Source: an uncultured delta proteobacterium
GTDB lineage: Bacteria > Desulfobacterota > Binatia > UBA9968
Length of the DNA: 64,000 nt
NCBI GenBank assembly: GCA_963804165.1
Contig: CAWDPO010000043.1
Span: 371,750-435,749, forward strand
Direction: 5' to 3'
Shown here piece by piece: positions 27,853 through 38,292 of the stretch (positions within the stretch are counted from its first letter, which is position 1; the number at the start of each line of letters is the position of its first letter). The position numbers and the translations under genes are program-made. Under the pieces are notes generated by a model. That model saw nothing but the letters and a program-made list of their open reading frames with translations. It had not been told where the DNA came from and did no database searches.

Positions 27853-28101
27853 ATGAACAAATATCTAATCCGGGGACTCATCGTCGGCGGAATTTTTGCG
27901 GCCACAATCACTTGGGTCGCAGCTTTCGATACGATCGCGGAAGGGGGTTTCGCCTTGTTAGCGTCCGTCGTCTTCGGCTTATCCGCGGGCCTTTGCATCG
28001 GTGGTCTGATCGCCGCCAACTTCGCGATGCTCGCCGTCGACGAGCGACCGCATCAGACCGCAGCTAATGAGCCTGCCGCAGAGCTGCGCCGAGCGGCGTA
28101 G
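27853..28101 (+). CDS. Small membrane protein
   Basis: GGAGG RBS, two hydrophobic segments. Confidence 0.6.
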   Translation: MNKYLIRGLIVGGIFAATITWVAAFDTIAEGGFALLASVVFGLSAGLCIGGLIAANFAMLAVDERPHQTAANEPAAELRRAA

Positions 28102-28447
28102 CCGACCGTGAGCGCCAAAACACCGTGAGGTAGCGGCAAATCAAAGATTCTAGGATTTTCGCTACCGTTCACAGTCGATTTACGACTTACACCTCAATGC
28201 CCGTGCGATCGGTAGACCTGTGAATATCGATTTCACGCTCTGTCAAAAAAGTATAAGACCCCCGATTGCTGTCTCGCCCATTACTCTTCGAGGATAGGAT
28301 TGAGCTTGTCAGCCGCTTTGTCAGGGGCAACCATAGCGGCCAAAGAGTGTCAGGAACCCTGCGACTCCATCGTGACGTCGGCGGTCGAAATGAGTTACAA
28401 TCATCGGCAGCATGAAAATGAATGAAAGGCGGGAGGGCGGACGTTAG

Positions 28448-29146
28448 ATGGAGACGACCGGGAATTTCAGACCTTCGATGCTTTGTTGGCTCCTTGTTTC
28501 GATTTTACTGCTGGTGATGCCGCTAACGTCCACCCATGGCGCCGACTCGCCGGCCGCCCTTAGCGTGCGCGAGTCCGGCGTGGGTTTGTATCCACGGCAG
28601 GACGGCGAATCCGATCGCATCGGAACTTTAGAAAAGGGTGAAGCGCTTTTCCCCATCGCCGAGTCGGTGGGCAGCCAGGTCTGGTACATGGTGCGCACCA
28701 AACAAGGTCTGGTCGGCTGGGTGCGCGCCGCAGATGTCCTCGTCAGCAATCAAGCAAAAGAGTCCTTCAAGGAAAAGGAATCCAGCTCGTCCAGTTGGTC
28801 GGCCAGAAGCTCGGACGGTCGAACTTTTAACGGCACGTGGAGCGTTGCGCCGGGCTCCACGGACAAAAGCGCCAGTGGCGGTTGGACGTTGAATGATGGC
28901 AGCGGTGCAACAGTGATGCGCGGCACCTGGACGGCCGATAAACATTCGACCGGATGGAACGGTGTCTGGCGCGCGTCCGTCGAAGGCCGCGAAAGAGAAT
29001 TTCGCGGCAGCTGGTCCGCCGAATTTCCTCACGTACACAACGCACCGTTTGCCACGCTGTTCGACGCCGCCATCAAGGAAGCCATCCGCGGCCTCTGGAC
29101 CGGCGGCAGCGAATCAGGCAGCTGGTCGATCCGAGCCGCAAAGTAA
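28448..29146 (+). CDS. Exported SH3b-domain protein with a Trp/Gly-rich C-terminal repeat
   Basis: IGTLEKGE...WYMVRTKQGLVGWVRA; repeated GxW motifs. Confidence 0.7.
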   Translation: METTGNFRPSMLCWLLVSILLLVMPLTSTHGADSPAALSVRESGVGLYPRQDGESDRIGTLEKGEALFPIAESVGSQVWYMVRTKQGLVGWVRAADVLVSNQAKESFKEKESSSSSWSARSSDGRTFNGTWSVAPGSTDKSASGGWTLNDGSGATVMRGTWTADKHSTGWNGVWRASVEGREREFRGSWSAEFPHVHNAPFATLFDAAIKEAIRGLWTGGSESGSWSIRAAK

Positions 29147-29369
29147 TCGCGCTCAAGATACGTGGACTGCGGGATGCTGGATTGCATGACGCGTGCAGAT
29201 TTTTATTAAACGCGTGAGTCGCTGTGCTATAATACTGCGGATCTCGGGCGCGAGCTCGCAAAGTCTTAATTCACGCCCGGACTCGCTCAAGACCAATCGA
29301 GTTTGTGTCACAGAAAGTACATGCCGGAATACTCACCGAATGTGACGTGACAGCGCAAAAGGAGCACCC

Positions 29370-30194
29370 ATGGATACAGCCGATTCACCCCGTTTTGAAG
29401 CGATGACCACGGGAGGGCTGCTCGACCGCGCCTTTCGCCTTTACACGAATAATTTTTCATTGATGCTCGGTATCGCCGCCGCCGCGTACGTGCCATTTTA
29501 TTTGGTCATGCTGGTGATCGAAGCCAGTCTGAGCGGACACCTTCAATCTCCGACAGGTGGTTTATCGATGCTGCTTTTTCAAGTCGTGTTTATGATTCTT
29601 TGGGCGAGTGTCGCCTTCCCGATCGCCAGCGGCGCGGCGACCTTTGCGATCAGCGAACGCTATCTCGGGAACGACGTCAGCATTGTCGATGCGCTACAGC
29701 GCGGCCTGAGCCATTTCTGGACCTTGTCCCTGGCCCAGATTACCGCCACCATTCGGGTTTTGTTCGGGTTTATTTTATTCATCATTCCCGGCATCCTCTG
29801 GATGCTCTCGTATTCTCTGGTTGTGCCGGCGATCCTGGTTGAGGGCCAGAAGGCCATGCCCGGGCTCAGACGAAGCCGCGAGTTGGTCAAAGGATATCGC
29901 GGCAAAGTGTTCTTGGTGATGATCGTCATCAACTTGCTCCAAGCGGTCTTGGCCGGCGGCGTCGGCGTCATTACCAGCTTTTTGTTGACCAGCGATGGCG
30001 CCGGCACGGCGGTCCTAAGCTCGGCATTGGGAAATCTGTTGTCGATTCTGCTGACGCCGCTCGCCATCATCGCGGCGATCCTGCTCTATTATGACATGCG
30101 CATCCGTAAGGAAGGTTTCGATCTCGAAATGCTCAGCCTCGCGGTCTCGAATCAATCGCCGGCCGCGGCGACCACGGCGATTTTGAGCCGCTGA
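29370..30194 (+). CDS. Integral membrane protein (first gene of the MoxR cluster)
   Basis: GGLLDRAFRLY, LRRSRELVKG and LLYYDMRIRKEGFDLE motifs. Confidence 0.8.
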   Translation: MDTADSPRFEAMTTGGLLDRAFRLYTNNFSLMLGIAAAAYVPFYLVMLVIEASLSGHLQSPTGGLSMLLFQVVFMILWASVAFPIASGAATFAISERYLGNDVSIVDALQRGLSHFWTLSLAQITATIRVLFGFILFIIPGILWMLSYSLVVPAILVEGQKAMPGLRRSRELVKGYRGKVFLVMIVINLLQAVLAGGVGVITSFLLTSDGAGTAVLSSALGNLLSILLTPLAIIAAILLYYDMRIRKEGFDLEMLSLAVSNQSPAAATTAILSR

Positions 30195-30205
30195 ACTTAA
30201 AATTA

Positions 30206-30865
30206 ATGTCCGCCGCGGCACAACTGAGCCAGATTCCAACGCCGGAACGGATTCGTGACGCAACGCAGGCGGTTCTTGCGCGGGCCGAATTCGCCGAGCC
30301 TTCCCGCTGGTATGAGATTGTCATTGAGGCCCTTAATGCCATCAAGCGCTGGCTCGACAGTCTGGGTCAATGGTCGGAGGCGAACCCCGCGCTGGCGCGA
30401 GTCTTTTTCATCATCGCGCTATTGGTTTTGCTCGCCTGCCTCGCCCACCTCTTCTACCTCGCGTTGGCCGACGTGCTGCCTTTTCAGCGCAAAAAAAACC
30501 GTGCAGACACGCGGCAGACGCGCTGGGATATCCTGGAAGGCGCCGCGACCAACTGGCGCGATGCTCTTAAAATCGCGCACGGGCTGCTGCGCGACGGTAA
30601 TTTGCGACGCGCGGTTTGGATTGCCCATCGGGTTTTATTGGGCCTGCTGGACCAACAGGGCGCCATCAAATTCGCCGGCTGGAAAACCAATTCGCACTAT
30701 CTTGCGGAGTGTGCCCGCAATCATCCTTGGTACCCGACTTTCGCGGAGCTGACCGAGCTCTACGAGGGCACGGTTTACGCCAATCGATCGACACCAGTAG
30801 ACACCGCCGAGTCTCTGGTCGTTCGAGTAGACCAGTTTTGCAATGAGACAAGTGGCGCGGCATGA
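30206..30865 (+). CDS. DUF4129-like membrane protein
   Basis: One TM followed by G..RRAV...L..LD..G.I...KTN..Y; position in the cluster. Confidence 0.7.
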   Translation: MSAAAQLSQIPTPERIRDATQAVLARAEFAEPSRWYEIVIEALNAIKRWLDSLGQWSEANPALARVFFIIALLVLLACLAHLFYLALADVLPFQRKKNRADTRQTRWDILEGAATNWRDALKIAHGLLRDGNLRRAVWIAHRVLLGLLDQQGAIKFAGWKTNSHYLAECARNHPWYPTFAELTELYEGTVYANRSTPVDTAESLVVRVDQFCNETSGAA

Positions 30866-32112
30866 CTCCGCAGACGCACAATCGTTTGACGGCAGCGGCG
30901 GCGACCGGAATCTTTCTCATCCTATCGCTCGTCCTGGCAAGTTTTTCGACCCGGCAGAATACCGATTTTATGCTGCAACGCCCGTCGACGTTCTTCACCG
31001 ATCCGAGCGGAGCGCAAGCGCTGCTGCTGGTGATGCAGCAGTTTTTACCTTCTGTGCAGAGATGGCGCCGCCCGTTGACTTTCCTGCCATTACCGCAACA
31101 GCCGGATGCGCCGAGCACGTTGATCGTTGCCGGGCCGGTGAAGTCGATTTCCGCCGGCGAAGCGGATCATCTCGCCCGCTGGCTCGCCGGTGGCGGTCAG
31201 CTTATCCTGCTAAGCTCGAATGGCTGGCCCGTAGGCCAGCGCCGGGGACCCGATGACGCGACTTCAACGGAAGACTCGCGCGCGACCAATGAGATCGACG
31301 AAAAAACGGTGGAAACGTTATTGTCCCGCTACGCGCCTGCCTTGCTTTGGACAAAAGCAGCGGGATATAGAACGGGACGAGCGAGCGGCTCTTCGCTACC
31401 GCACGGCGATATCACACTGCGCTGGCGCCAGAGTTTTACCCGGACAGATAACGCGGAGGTTATCGCCGGCACCGGCAATACCACTCTTGCCGTTTCGATC
31501 CCTGTAAACCAAGGCCGCATCGTCGCCGTCGCCGATCCCACGATGGTGAGCAACGGCGCATTGCGCAGGTCGGATAATGCCGTGTGGCTGGTGAGTCTTG
31601 CGGCGGCCTGGGGCGATGGCAAAATTCTCTTCGATGAATATCATCACGGTTTCGGCGAAAAACGCGGCACGGGTCAACTCATCCGGGCTTTTCTCATGAC
31701 ACCTTGGGGCTGGTCCGTATTGCAACTAAGCGCCGCCGCGGTGCTCTATCTGTTCGTCTACCGCCGGCGCTTCGGGCGCATCTCGGAGCCGCCTCTACCG
31801 AGCCGAGCAAGTCCGCTGGAATTGGTCAACGCTCGAGCCGGTTTTCTTCAGGCTGCGGCCGCCCAGGGCCTCGCGGCCAAGCTAATCGTGCAGGACCTTT
31901 GCCGGTATTTGACCCAGGGGCGGCGCAAGGTTTCGGATGGCGCTGACTTGCGCGACGAATTGGCGAAGTTGCCAATCAGCGGCGGCATGGCGCAGCTCGC
32001 CACGCTGCGCGCTCTACTCGCGAAGACTCAAACCGGCGAGCACCTCAGCGATCGAGAGTTGATCGAGTTCGGCGCGGCCGCCGGCGACCTCGTCAAAGGA
32101 TCACGACTATGA
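30862..32112 (+). CDS. DUF4350-like membrane protein
   Basis: STF.TDPSG, WLAGGG.LIL, GRIVAVADP, ILFDEYHHG and RRFG motifs. Confidence 0.75.
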   Translation: MTPQTHNRLTAAAATGIFLILSLVLASFSTRQNTDFMLQRPSTFFTDPSGAQALLLVMQQFLPSVQRWRRPLTFLPLPQQPDAPSTLIVAGPVKSISAGEADHLARWLAGGGQLILLSSNGWPVGQRRGPDDATSTEDSRATNEIDEKTVETLLSRYAPALLWTKAAGYRTGRASGSSLPHGDITLRWRQSFTRTDNAEVIAGTGNTTLAVSIPVNQGRIVAVADPTMVSNGALRRSDNAVWLVSLAAAWGDGKILFDEYHHGFGEKRGTGQLIRAFLMTPWGWSVLQLSAAAVLYLFVYRRRFGRISEPPLPSRASPLELVNARAGFLQAAAAQGLAAKLIVQDLCRYLTQGRRKVSDGADLRDELAKLPISGGMAQLATLRALLAKTQTGEHLSDRELIEFGAAAGDLVKGSRL

Positions 32113-33077
32113 GCGAAGAGCCAATCTCCATCGACGTGCTGAATATCGGCCGCGCCGTGCAAGCCGAGTTGCAGCGGGTGATCTACGGTCAAGCGGCCGC
32201 GATCCAAAGCCTGCTCGTCGCCATCACCGCTGGCGGCCACGTGCTGATCGAAGGCGTACCGGGCGTGGCAAAGACACTGCTCGCGCGCAGCCTTGCCGCG
32301 GCGCTGCGCTGTCGCTTTTCGCGCATCCAGTTTACGCCGGATCTTATGCCGTCGGATATCACCGGCGTGAATGTGTTCGACTTGGCGGCCCATGAGTTCC
32401 GCTTTCGTCCGGGTCCGCTGTTCGCCGATATCGTGCTGGCCGATGAAATCAATCGCGCCCCGGCAAAGACCCAAGCCGCGCTGCTCGAGGCGATGCAGGA
32501 GCACCAGGTGAGTATCGATGGGCAAACCCACGAGCTGTCGACCTGCTTCACCGTCCTGGCCACGCAGAACCCGATCGAATACGAGGGTACGTATCCGCTT
32601 CCCGAGGCGCAGTTGGATCGATTTCTCATGAAAGTCATCATCGATTATCCCGCCGAGGAAGATGAGCGGGCGATGTTGAAATCGGCCCAGACGCTGGGCG
32701 AAAAATCCGCACAACCCCACAGCATCATCCAAACGATCATCGGCCCTCAAGAAATCGCCCGGCTGCGCGCCGTGACCCACGCGGTCCGCGTGGACGAGAC
32801 GGTTTTGGAATATGCGCTGCGGCTGATTCGCCAGTCGCGCGGCTTCCCGAGTCTAACTCTCGGCGCCAGTCCGCGCGCGGCCATCATGCTGCTACAGGCC
32901 GCCAAGGCGCTGGCTCTGCTGCGCGGCCACGATTATGTCACGCCGGATGAGATTCAGCTCATGGCGCTCCCCGTTCTACGCCACCGCATCCGACTGACGC
33001 CGGAAGCGGAGATCGAAGGCTTGACGCCGGACGGCTGTATCCAATCTTTGCTCGCTCAAGTCGAGATTCCCCGGTAG
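32109..33077 (+). CDS. moxR: MoxR-family AAA+ ATPase
   Basis: GHVLIEGVPGVAKT, RIQFTPDLMPSD, LADEINRAPAKTQAALLEAM, YPLPEAQLDRF. Confidence 0.95.
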   Translation: MSEEPISIDVLNIGRAVQAELQRVIYGQAAAIQSLLVAITAGGHVLIEGVPGVAKTLLARSLAAALRCRFSRIQFTPDLMPSDITGVNVFDLAAHEFRFRPGPLFADIVLADEINRAPAKTQAALLEAMQEHQVSIDGQTHELSTCFTVLATQNPIEYEGTYPLPEAQLDRFLMKVIIDYPAEEDERAMLKSAQTLGEKSAQPHSIIQTIIGPQEIARLRAVTHAVRVDETVLEYALRLIRQSRGFPSLTLGASPRAAIMLLQAAKALALLRGHDYVTPDEIQLMALPVLRHRIRLTPEAEIEGLTPDGCIQSLLAQVEIPR

Positions 33078-33082
33078 CAAAA

Positions 33083-34411
33083 ATGATCGGCATTCTTTCG
33101 TTGATTCCCAGCTTGCGGTTGATTCGGCTGGTCGCGCTCGGCGCGCCGCTTTGGCCGCTCGCTCTGTTCGTTCCAGGAACATGGCTCGCCGGATTGTTTT
33201 ATCTTGTGTTGTTGGCGGTGCTCTGCTGGCGCGATACGCGCACGATCCCGCGACCGTCCGACCTCGCCGCACGGCGCGAGTTGCCGCCCCGCTTCGCGCT
33301 CGGCGTCGACCACTCGGTCAAGCTCATTTTAGCCAATCGGGCGGCGCGCCCGGTCGTCGCCGTCGTGCGCGACGAGCTTCCCGACAGCTTCGAGTCGCGC
33401 ACGGATTTGCCGTCCGTGCGAATTCCATCCCACGGCGAAGCGCAGCTGAATTATGTCGTCCGGCCGCTCAAACGCGGCGCTCACCCGTTCGGCGCTGTGG
33501 TCCTGCGTGTGCACGGCGAGCGCGGTTTAATGCAGCGACAGATAGCGCTCGCGGTCGGCGATACTGCAAAGGTCTATCCCAATTTCCGCGGCGCCGATCA
33601 ATACCAGCTCCTGGCGAAAATCGACCAACGCGAGGAAATCGCGCGCAAGCCCCGCCCGTTCAAAGCCGCGGGCACCGATTTTGAGAGTCTGCGCCTCTAC
33701 ATTTCCGGTGAGGATCCACGTAGCATTGATTGGAAAGCGACGGCGCGCCGCGGATCGCTGATAAGCCGGAACAAACAGGTGGAAAAAGGCCAACAGCTTG
33801 CCGTGCTTCTCGATGCCGGGCGCCTGATGGCGGAAACCATCGGTGAGCGTTCCCGGCTGGAACACACGCTGGACGCGACGGTCATGCTGAGTTACGTTGC
33901 GCAAAAGCGCGGTGACGCACTCGCCGTCGCCGCCTTTTCGAATAAGCTCGAATCGTTCATGCCACCGGTGCGCGGTCCCGCTCTGCTACCCCGAGTTCTT
34001 GAATCGCTTTATGCCGTGCACGCGCGTCCGGTGGAATCCGACTATTGGCAAGTGATTGCCCAGGTGATGGCAATGCTGCGGCGGCGCAGCCTGGTCATCC
34101 TCTTGACCGATGTGCTGGATGCCACGGCCAGCGCGGGATTGGTTCATAATCTGGCACGGGCGGCGGAAAGGCACTTGGTCCTGTGTGTCGTCCTAACGGA
34201 ACCTCAGATCGGCGCGATCGCCCGTTCGGTCCCTGCGACCGTCGAAGATACCTATCGTAAAGCGGCCGCATGCGACCAGCTGCGCCGGCGCGGACTGGCG
34301 CTGGAAAACATGCGCTCTCGGGGTATTTTAGTTCTTGAGACCGATCCGGCGCACTTGAGCATCCATTTGGTCAAACGCTATCTGGAAATTCGCCAGGCGG
34401 ATCTTCAGTAG
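33083..34411 (+). CDS. DUF58 (vWA-like) protein
   Basis: GTDFESLRLY..GEDPRSIDWKATAR, LLDAGRLM, RRSLVILLTD. Confidence 0.9.
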   Translation: MIGILSLIPSLRLIRLVALGAPLWPLALFVPGTWLAGLFYLVLLAVLCWRDTRTIPRPSDLAARRELPPRFALGVDHSVKLILANRAARPVVAVVRDELPDSFESRTDLPSVRIPSHGEAQLNYVVRPLKRGAHPFGAVVLRVHGERGLMQRQIALAVGDTAKVYPNFRGADQYQLLAKIDQREEIARKPRPFKAAGTDFESLRLYISGEDPRSIDWKATARRGSLISRNKQVEKGQQLAVLLDAGRLMAETIGERSRLEHTLDATVMLSYVAQKRGDALAVAAFSNKLESFMPPVRGPALLPRVLESLYAVHARPVESDYWQVIAQVMAMLRRRSLVILLTDVLDATASAGLVHNLARAAERHLVLCVVLTEPQIGAIARSVPATVEDTYRKAAACDQLRRRGLALENMRSRGILVLETDPAHLSIHLVKRYLEIRQADLQ

Positions 34412-34617
34412 CCGCGACGCCACCGGCGGCGATGGCACAGCCGAAGTGAAAGAAAAGATCCATCACGAGGTCGTGAAGTGCAATGAAATCTACAATCACA
34501 CATCTATTCAAAACCTTCGTGAGCTGATGGTGAAAGAATGGTTCGTCGAATCCTGCAACCTCGACGAACCATCGCAAGAAAATCTGCCCAAGCCGCGAAA
34601 CTCTAAACGACAGTAAT

Positions 34618-35484
34618 ATGAACGAGAGTGTTTTTATTTCCACACCTGATCACGTCACCCTCGAGTTCGAGCTGGCCGGCCCCGGTTCGCGCTTCTCCGC
34701 GTACGTGATCGATTTTATCTTTAGCGTCGTGTTGATCGTGGTCATCGTGCTGGCGCTCTATGCCGGTGGCGCGCTGGTCACCTTGCGATCGCTCGTGGGC
34801 GCGGCGCGAGGCAGTTCCTGGGGCGCATCTTGGATGTTGGCGCTGCTGGTGTTGATTATTTTTTTGATCAACTGGGGCTACTATGTTCTCTTTGAAGGAC
34901 TGAGCAAAGGTTCGACGCCGGGGAAAAAGCGCGTCGGCATCCGCGTGATCCGCCAGGACGGATTGCCCATTGGGCTGCGCGAAGCGGCGCTGCGCAACTT
35001 GGTGCGCGCCGCCGACATGCTGCCGCCGCCTTCCTACATTTTGGGCGGCTTGGTCATGCATTTCGATCCGCAGGGCCGGCGCCTGGGCGATATGTTAGCC
35101 GGGACCTACGTGGTCGTCGAAAAATTTGATCTGGCCGCGCAGGGTGCGACCGGGGCCGCTTGGGCCAGCCGTGTCGAACAGGGACGCTCCCGGCAAGCGC
35201 TCACGCTGCCGCGCGGTGCGATCTCGCCGCAGCAGATCGGTTTGATCGAGCGCTTTCTCGCGCGCCGCCACGAGCTCTCCGAAGACCGGCGCGCGCAATT
35301 GGTCTGGCAGATCGTCGAGCCGTTGCTGACCGTGCTCGGCGAAGATCACGATAGTTTAGCGCACCGGCAGGATCGCACGGAGCGCTGCGAACAGCTGCTC
35401 ATGCAGGTCATCGAGCTGGCGCAGGCCAAAGCGCCGAACGTCGTGGTCGCGGAGAAAACAGCGCCACCCGCGGCGCTTTTCTAA
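34618..35484 (+). CDS. RDD family protein
   Basis: LAGPGSRFSAYVID, TPGKKRVGIRV, RRLGDMLAGTYVV. Confidence 0.9.
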   Translation: MNESVFISTPDHVTLEFELAGPGSRFSAYVIDFIFSVVLIVVIVLALYAGGALVTLRSLVGAARGSSWGASWMLALLVLIIFLINWGYYVLFEGLSKGSTPGKKRVGIRVIRQDGLPIGLREAALRNLVRAADMLPPPSYILGGLVMHFDPQGRRLGDMLAGTYVVVEKFDLAAQGATGAAWASRVEQGRSRQALTLPRGAISPQQIGLIERFLARRHELSEDRRAQLVWQIVEPLLTVLGEDHDSLAHRQDRTERCEQLLMQVIELAQAKAPNVVVAEKTAPPAALF

Positions 35485-35497
35485 GGCAGACCCGATC

Positions 35498-36484
35498 GTG
35501 CAAAACGCCGACGAAAAACTCGAACAATGGACGCAGTTCTACCGGCGCGCCCAAGTGATTTTGCAAGCCGGGCCGCGCGGATTGCGTAAGCTAACCGGTG
35601 CCGAGCTCACTCGACTGATCGATGACTATCAAGCGCTGACCGCGGATCTGGCGCGCGCTCGCTCGCTCGGCGCCGCGCGCGAAACCATCGACCAACTCAA
35701 TCGCATCGCCGTCGCCGGCCACAACCTCATCTACGGGCAAATTCGGATGCGCGAAGACACCGCGACCTTGCGCGGTTTCGCTAGCTTTGCCACCGCGGTG
35801 CGCCGGCACGCGTGGGCCGTGGCGCTGGCCGCACTCATGTTCTTCGGGTCCGCGGTCATTTCTTTTGTCGCAGTCGAGCTCTATCCATCCTTGGCTTATG
35901 ATCTGCTCTCAGACGAGTTTCTCGATTTCGATCCGGCTACTCCGGATAATCTGCACCACATTCCAAGTCTGGCGCGTCCGGTGGTTTCGTCGCTGATTAT
36001 TTCCAACAACATTCAAGTCACGCTGCTGGCCTTCGGCTTCGGACTGACCGCGGGCATCGGCACAAGCTTGCTGCTGATCCTCAACGGCATCCACTTGGGC
36101 TCGGTCGCGGGCTGGATGAGCCTACACGGCAAAGACCGAGCTTTATGGGGCTGGATCATGCCGCATGGCGCGACTGAACTGCTGGCAATCTGCCTGGCCG
36201 GCGCGGCAGGTTATATACTGGCGAGCGCGATTATCGCTCCAGGGCAACTGCGCCGCGCGACGGCACTCAAACGAGTCGGCGGTCCAGCACTGACCATCGA
36301 GCTCGGCTGCATGGTGATGCTGGTGGTCGCGGGTTTGATTGAAGGCTTCGTTTCACCGAGCGCCATCGACTACGCCAGCCGCATCGCGGTGCTGCTTGCC
36401 AGCGTCGCGCTCTGGGCACTCTACTTTTTTGGCGCCGGCCGCAATCGCGGCGCGCCGCCGGCTGACGAGCCGCCGAGCAATTAG
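35498..36484 (+). CDS. SpoIIM/DUF95 family membrane protein
   Basis: NNIQV.LLAF, IMPHGATEL, AGLIEGFVS. Confidence 0.88.
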   Translation: MQNADEKLEQWTQFYRRAQVILQAGPRGLRKLTGAELTRLIDDYQALTADLARARSLGAARETIDQLNRIAVAGHNLIYGQIRMREDTATLRGFASFATAVRRHAWAVALAALMFFGSAVISFVAVELYPSLAYDLLSDEFLDFDPATPDNLHHIPSLARPVVSSLIISNNIQVTLLAFGFGLTAGIGTSLLLILNGIHLGSVAGWMSLHGKDRALWGWIMPHGATELLAICLAGAAGYILASAIIAPGQLRRATALKRVGGPALTIELGCMVMLVVAGLIEGFVSPSAIDYASRIAVLLASVALWALYFFGAGRNRGAPPADEPPSN

Positions 36485-36565
36485 TTGGTCCCTTCACGAC
36501 TTATCGATGTCCTTTAGACATGATCCTCTCGTCACCACTCCGCTAGTGAGCAAGAGAATTCGATA

Positions 36566-38197
36566 ATGACGCACTTGCACAAACGACTTCTCGCTTTGCT
36601 CGGCGTACTGATCCTGCTGCTCATCGTCACAACTCTCTTCTACATGTGGGGGATGACCTACGTCGAAGGCAAACCCCGGGGATTTTGGGACGCTCTGGAA
36701 TGGGCGGGTGAGACCTTGTCGACGACCGGTTACGGCCGGGACTCCAACTGGAGCCATCCGCTCATGGTTTCCTATGTCGTGCTGGTGCAATTTGTCGGCG
36801 TGTTCCTGGTTTTTCTCGTCTTCCCAATTTACCTGCTGCCGTTTTTGGAAGAGCGCTTTGAAACTCGCTTGCCGAAGGAGATTCCCAGGCTAAAAGACCA
36901 TGTCGTCATTTTCGATTACGGCCCAGCAGTGGCAACGCTGCTAACCGAATTGGAGCGCGCCGACATCGCCACCGTTGTCGTCGAGGAAGACGAGAACGAT
37001 GCGCGCCGTCTGCACGAACAAAGGCACCGGGTGATCCACGGCAATCTCGACGATGGAGTATTGCAAAAAACCTATCTGACACAAGCTCGCGCGCTCATCG
37101 TCAACAGCACCGATGACCGCAACGCCGCGACGATCCTTGCCGCGCGCCAGCTCGGCTTCAAAGGAGAAATCCTCGCGCTGGTCGAAGATCCTTATCATCG
37201 CGAGCCGATGATCCTGGCGGGCGCCAGCAGCGCGTACACGCCGCGACACGTGTTGGGCGCGGCGTTGGCGGCGCGGGCGAGTCAAAAAGTGAACCCGACG
37301 GTGGCCGGGATTCAACATCTCGGCCACAAACTCCAGGTCGGCGAGGCGCGCATTACCCGCGACAGCGTGCTCGCCGGCAAAACACTCGCCGAAGCCAATC
37401 TCGGCCAGCACGCCGGCGTGACCGTGATCGGTCAGTGGATCGGCGGTAAGCTCACCACGCCGCCGACGCCGGCAATGCGTCTCGAACCCGGCGGCATTCT
37501 AGTGCTCGTCGGCAACGCGGAGAGCCTTCAACGCTTCATGAACCTTTGCGCCGGCGCGCGTCAGCTGCGCCGGCACGGGCCTTTTTTGATCGCCGGCAGC
37601 GGCGAAGTCGGACGCAAGGTCGCCGAGTTGTTGATCGACGCCGGCGAAGAGACGTTCCTCATCGACACGCAGCCTGGCCCGGGCGTAAAGTTGGTCGGCA
37701 ACGTGCTCGATACAAAAATACTAAAACAAGCGGGCATCGAAAACGTCCAAGCCGTGATCCTGGCGCTGAACGCCGACTCGACGACGCTCTTCGCCACGGT
37801 CATTTTCAAAGACCTGGCGCCGGACGTTCCCGTCATCGCGCGTGTAAACCGCGCGGAAAACGTCGAGCGGATTTATGCCGCCGGCGCCGACTTCGCGCTT
37901 TCGATTAGTCAAGTTTCGGGCCAACTCCTCGCTTGGCGACTGCTCGGTAAAGAATCGGTGACGGTCGATCCCGAGCTCCGCGTCATCAAAGTCTCGACGC
38001 GCGGCATAGAAAGTTATCATCCAAGCGACGCCGTTATCCGAGTCAAGTCCGGTTGTTCCGTCGTCGCCGTCGAGCGCGGCGAAGAATTGCTGGTGGAATT
38101 TGCTCCGGACTTTCGTTTCGAGGCCGGCGACTTCGTCTATATCTGCGGTAGCGCGGAGGCCGCCCAGAAATACTACGACGTTTTTCCACAGGAATAG
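36566..38197 (+). CDS. Potassium channel protein with two TrkA-N/TrkA-C (RCK) modules
   Basis: Pore motif STTGYG; two NAD-binding RCK repeats. Confidence 0.88.
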   Translation: MTHLHKRLLALLGVLILLLIVTTLFYMWGMTYVEGKPRGFWDALEWAGETLSTTGYGRDSNWSHPLMVSYVVLVQFVGVFLVFLVFPIYLLPFLEERFETRLPKEIPRLKDHVVIFDYGPAVATLLTELERADIATVVVEEDENDARRLHEQRHRVIHGNLDDGVLQKTYLTQARALIVNSTDDRNAATILAARQLGFKGEILALVEDPYHREPMILAGASSAYTPRHVLGAALAARASQKVNPTVAGIQHLGHKLQVGEARITRDSVLAGKTLAEANLGQHAGVTVIGQWIGGKLTTPPTPAMRLEPGGILVLVGNAESLQRFMNLCAGARQLRRHGPFLIAGSGEVGRKVAELLIDAGEETFLIDTQPGPGVKLVGNVLDTKILKQAGIENVQAVILALNADSTTLFATVIFKDLAPDVPVIARVNRAENVERIYAAGADFALSISQVSGQLLAWRLLGKESVTVDPELRVIKVSTRGIESYHPSDAVIRVKSGCSVVAVERGEELLVEFAPDFRFEAGDFVYICGSAEAAQKYYDVFPQE

Positions 38198-38292
38198 GCA
38201 AACCGTTGATCTGCCAAACGCGACTCGCGCATAGGGCGTTCAGTGATCCGTTCCAAGCGATCCTCTCGCGATCGCACCGGCACGAGTGAATC

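Noticed and set aside
28240-28360. Repeated TGTCA sites as a regulator array upstream of the SH3 gene
   Set aside because: The pentamers are irregularly spaced with no consistent partner half-site, so they cannot be told apart from chance.
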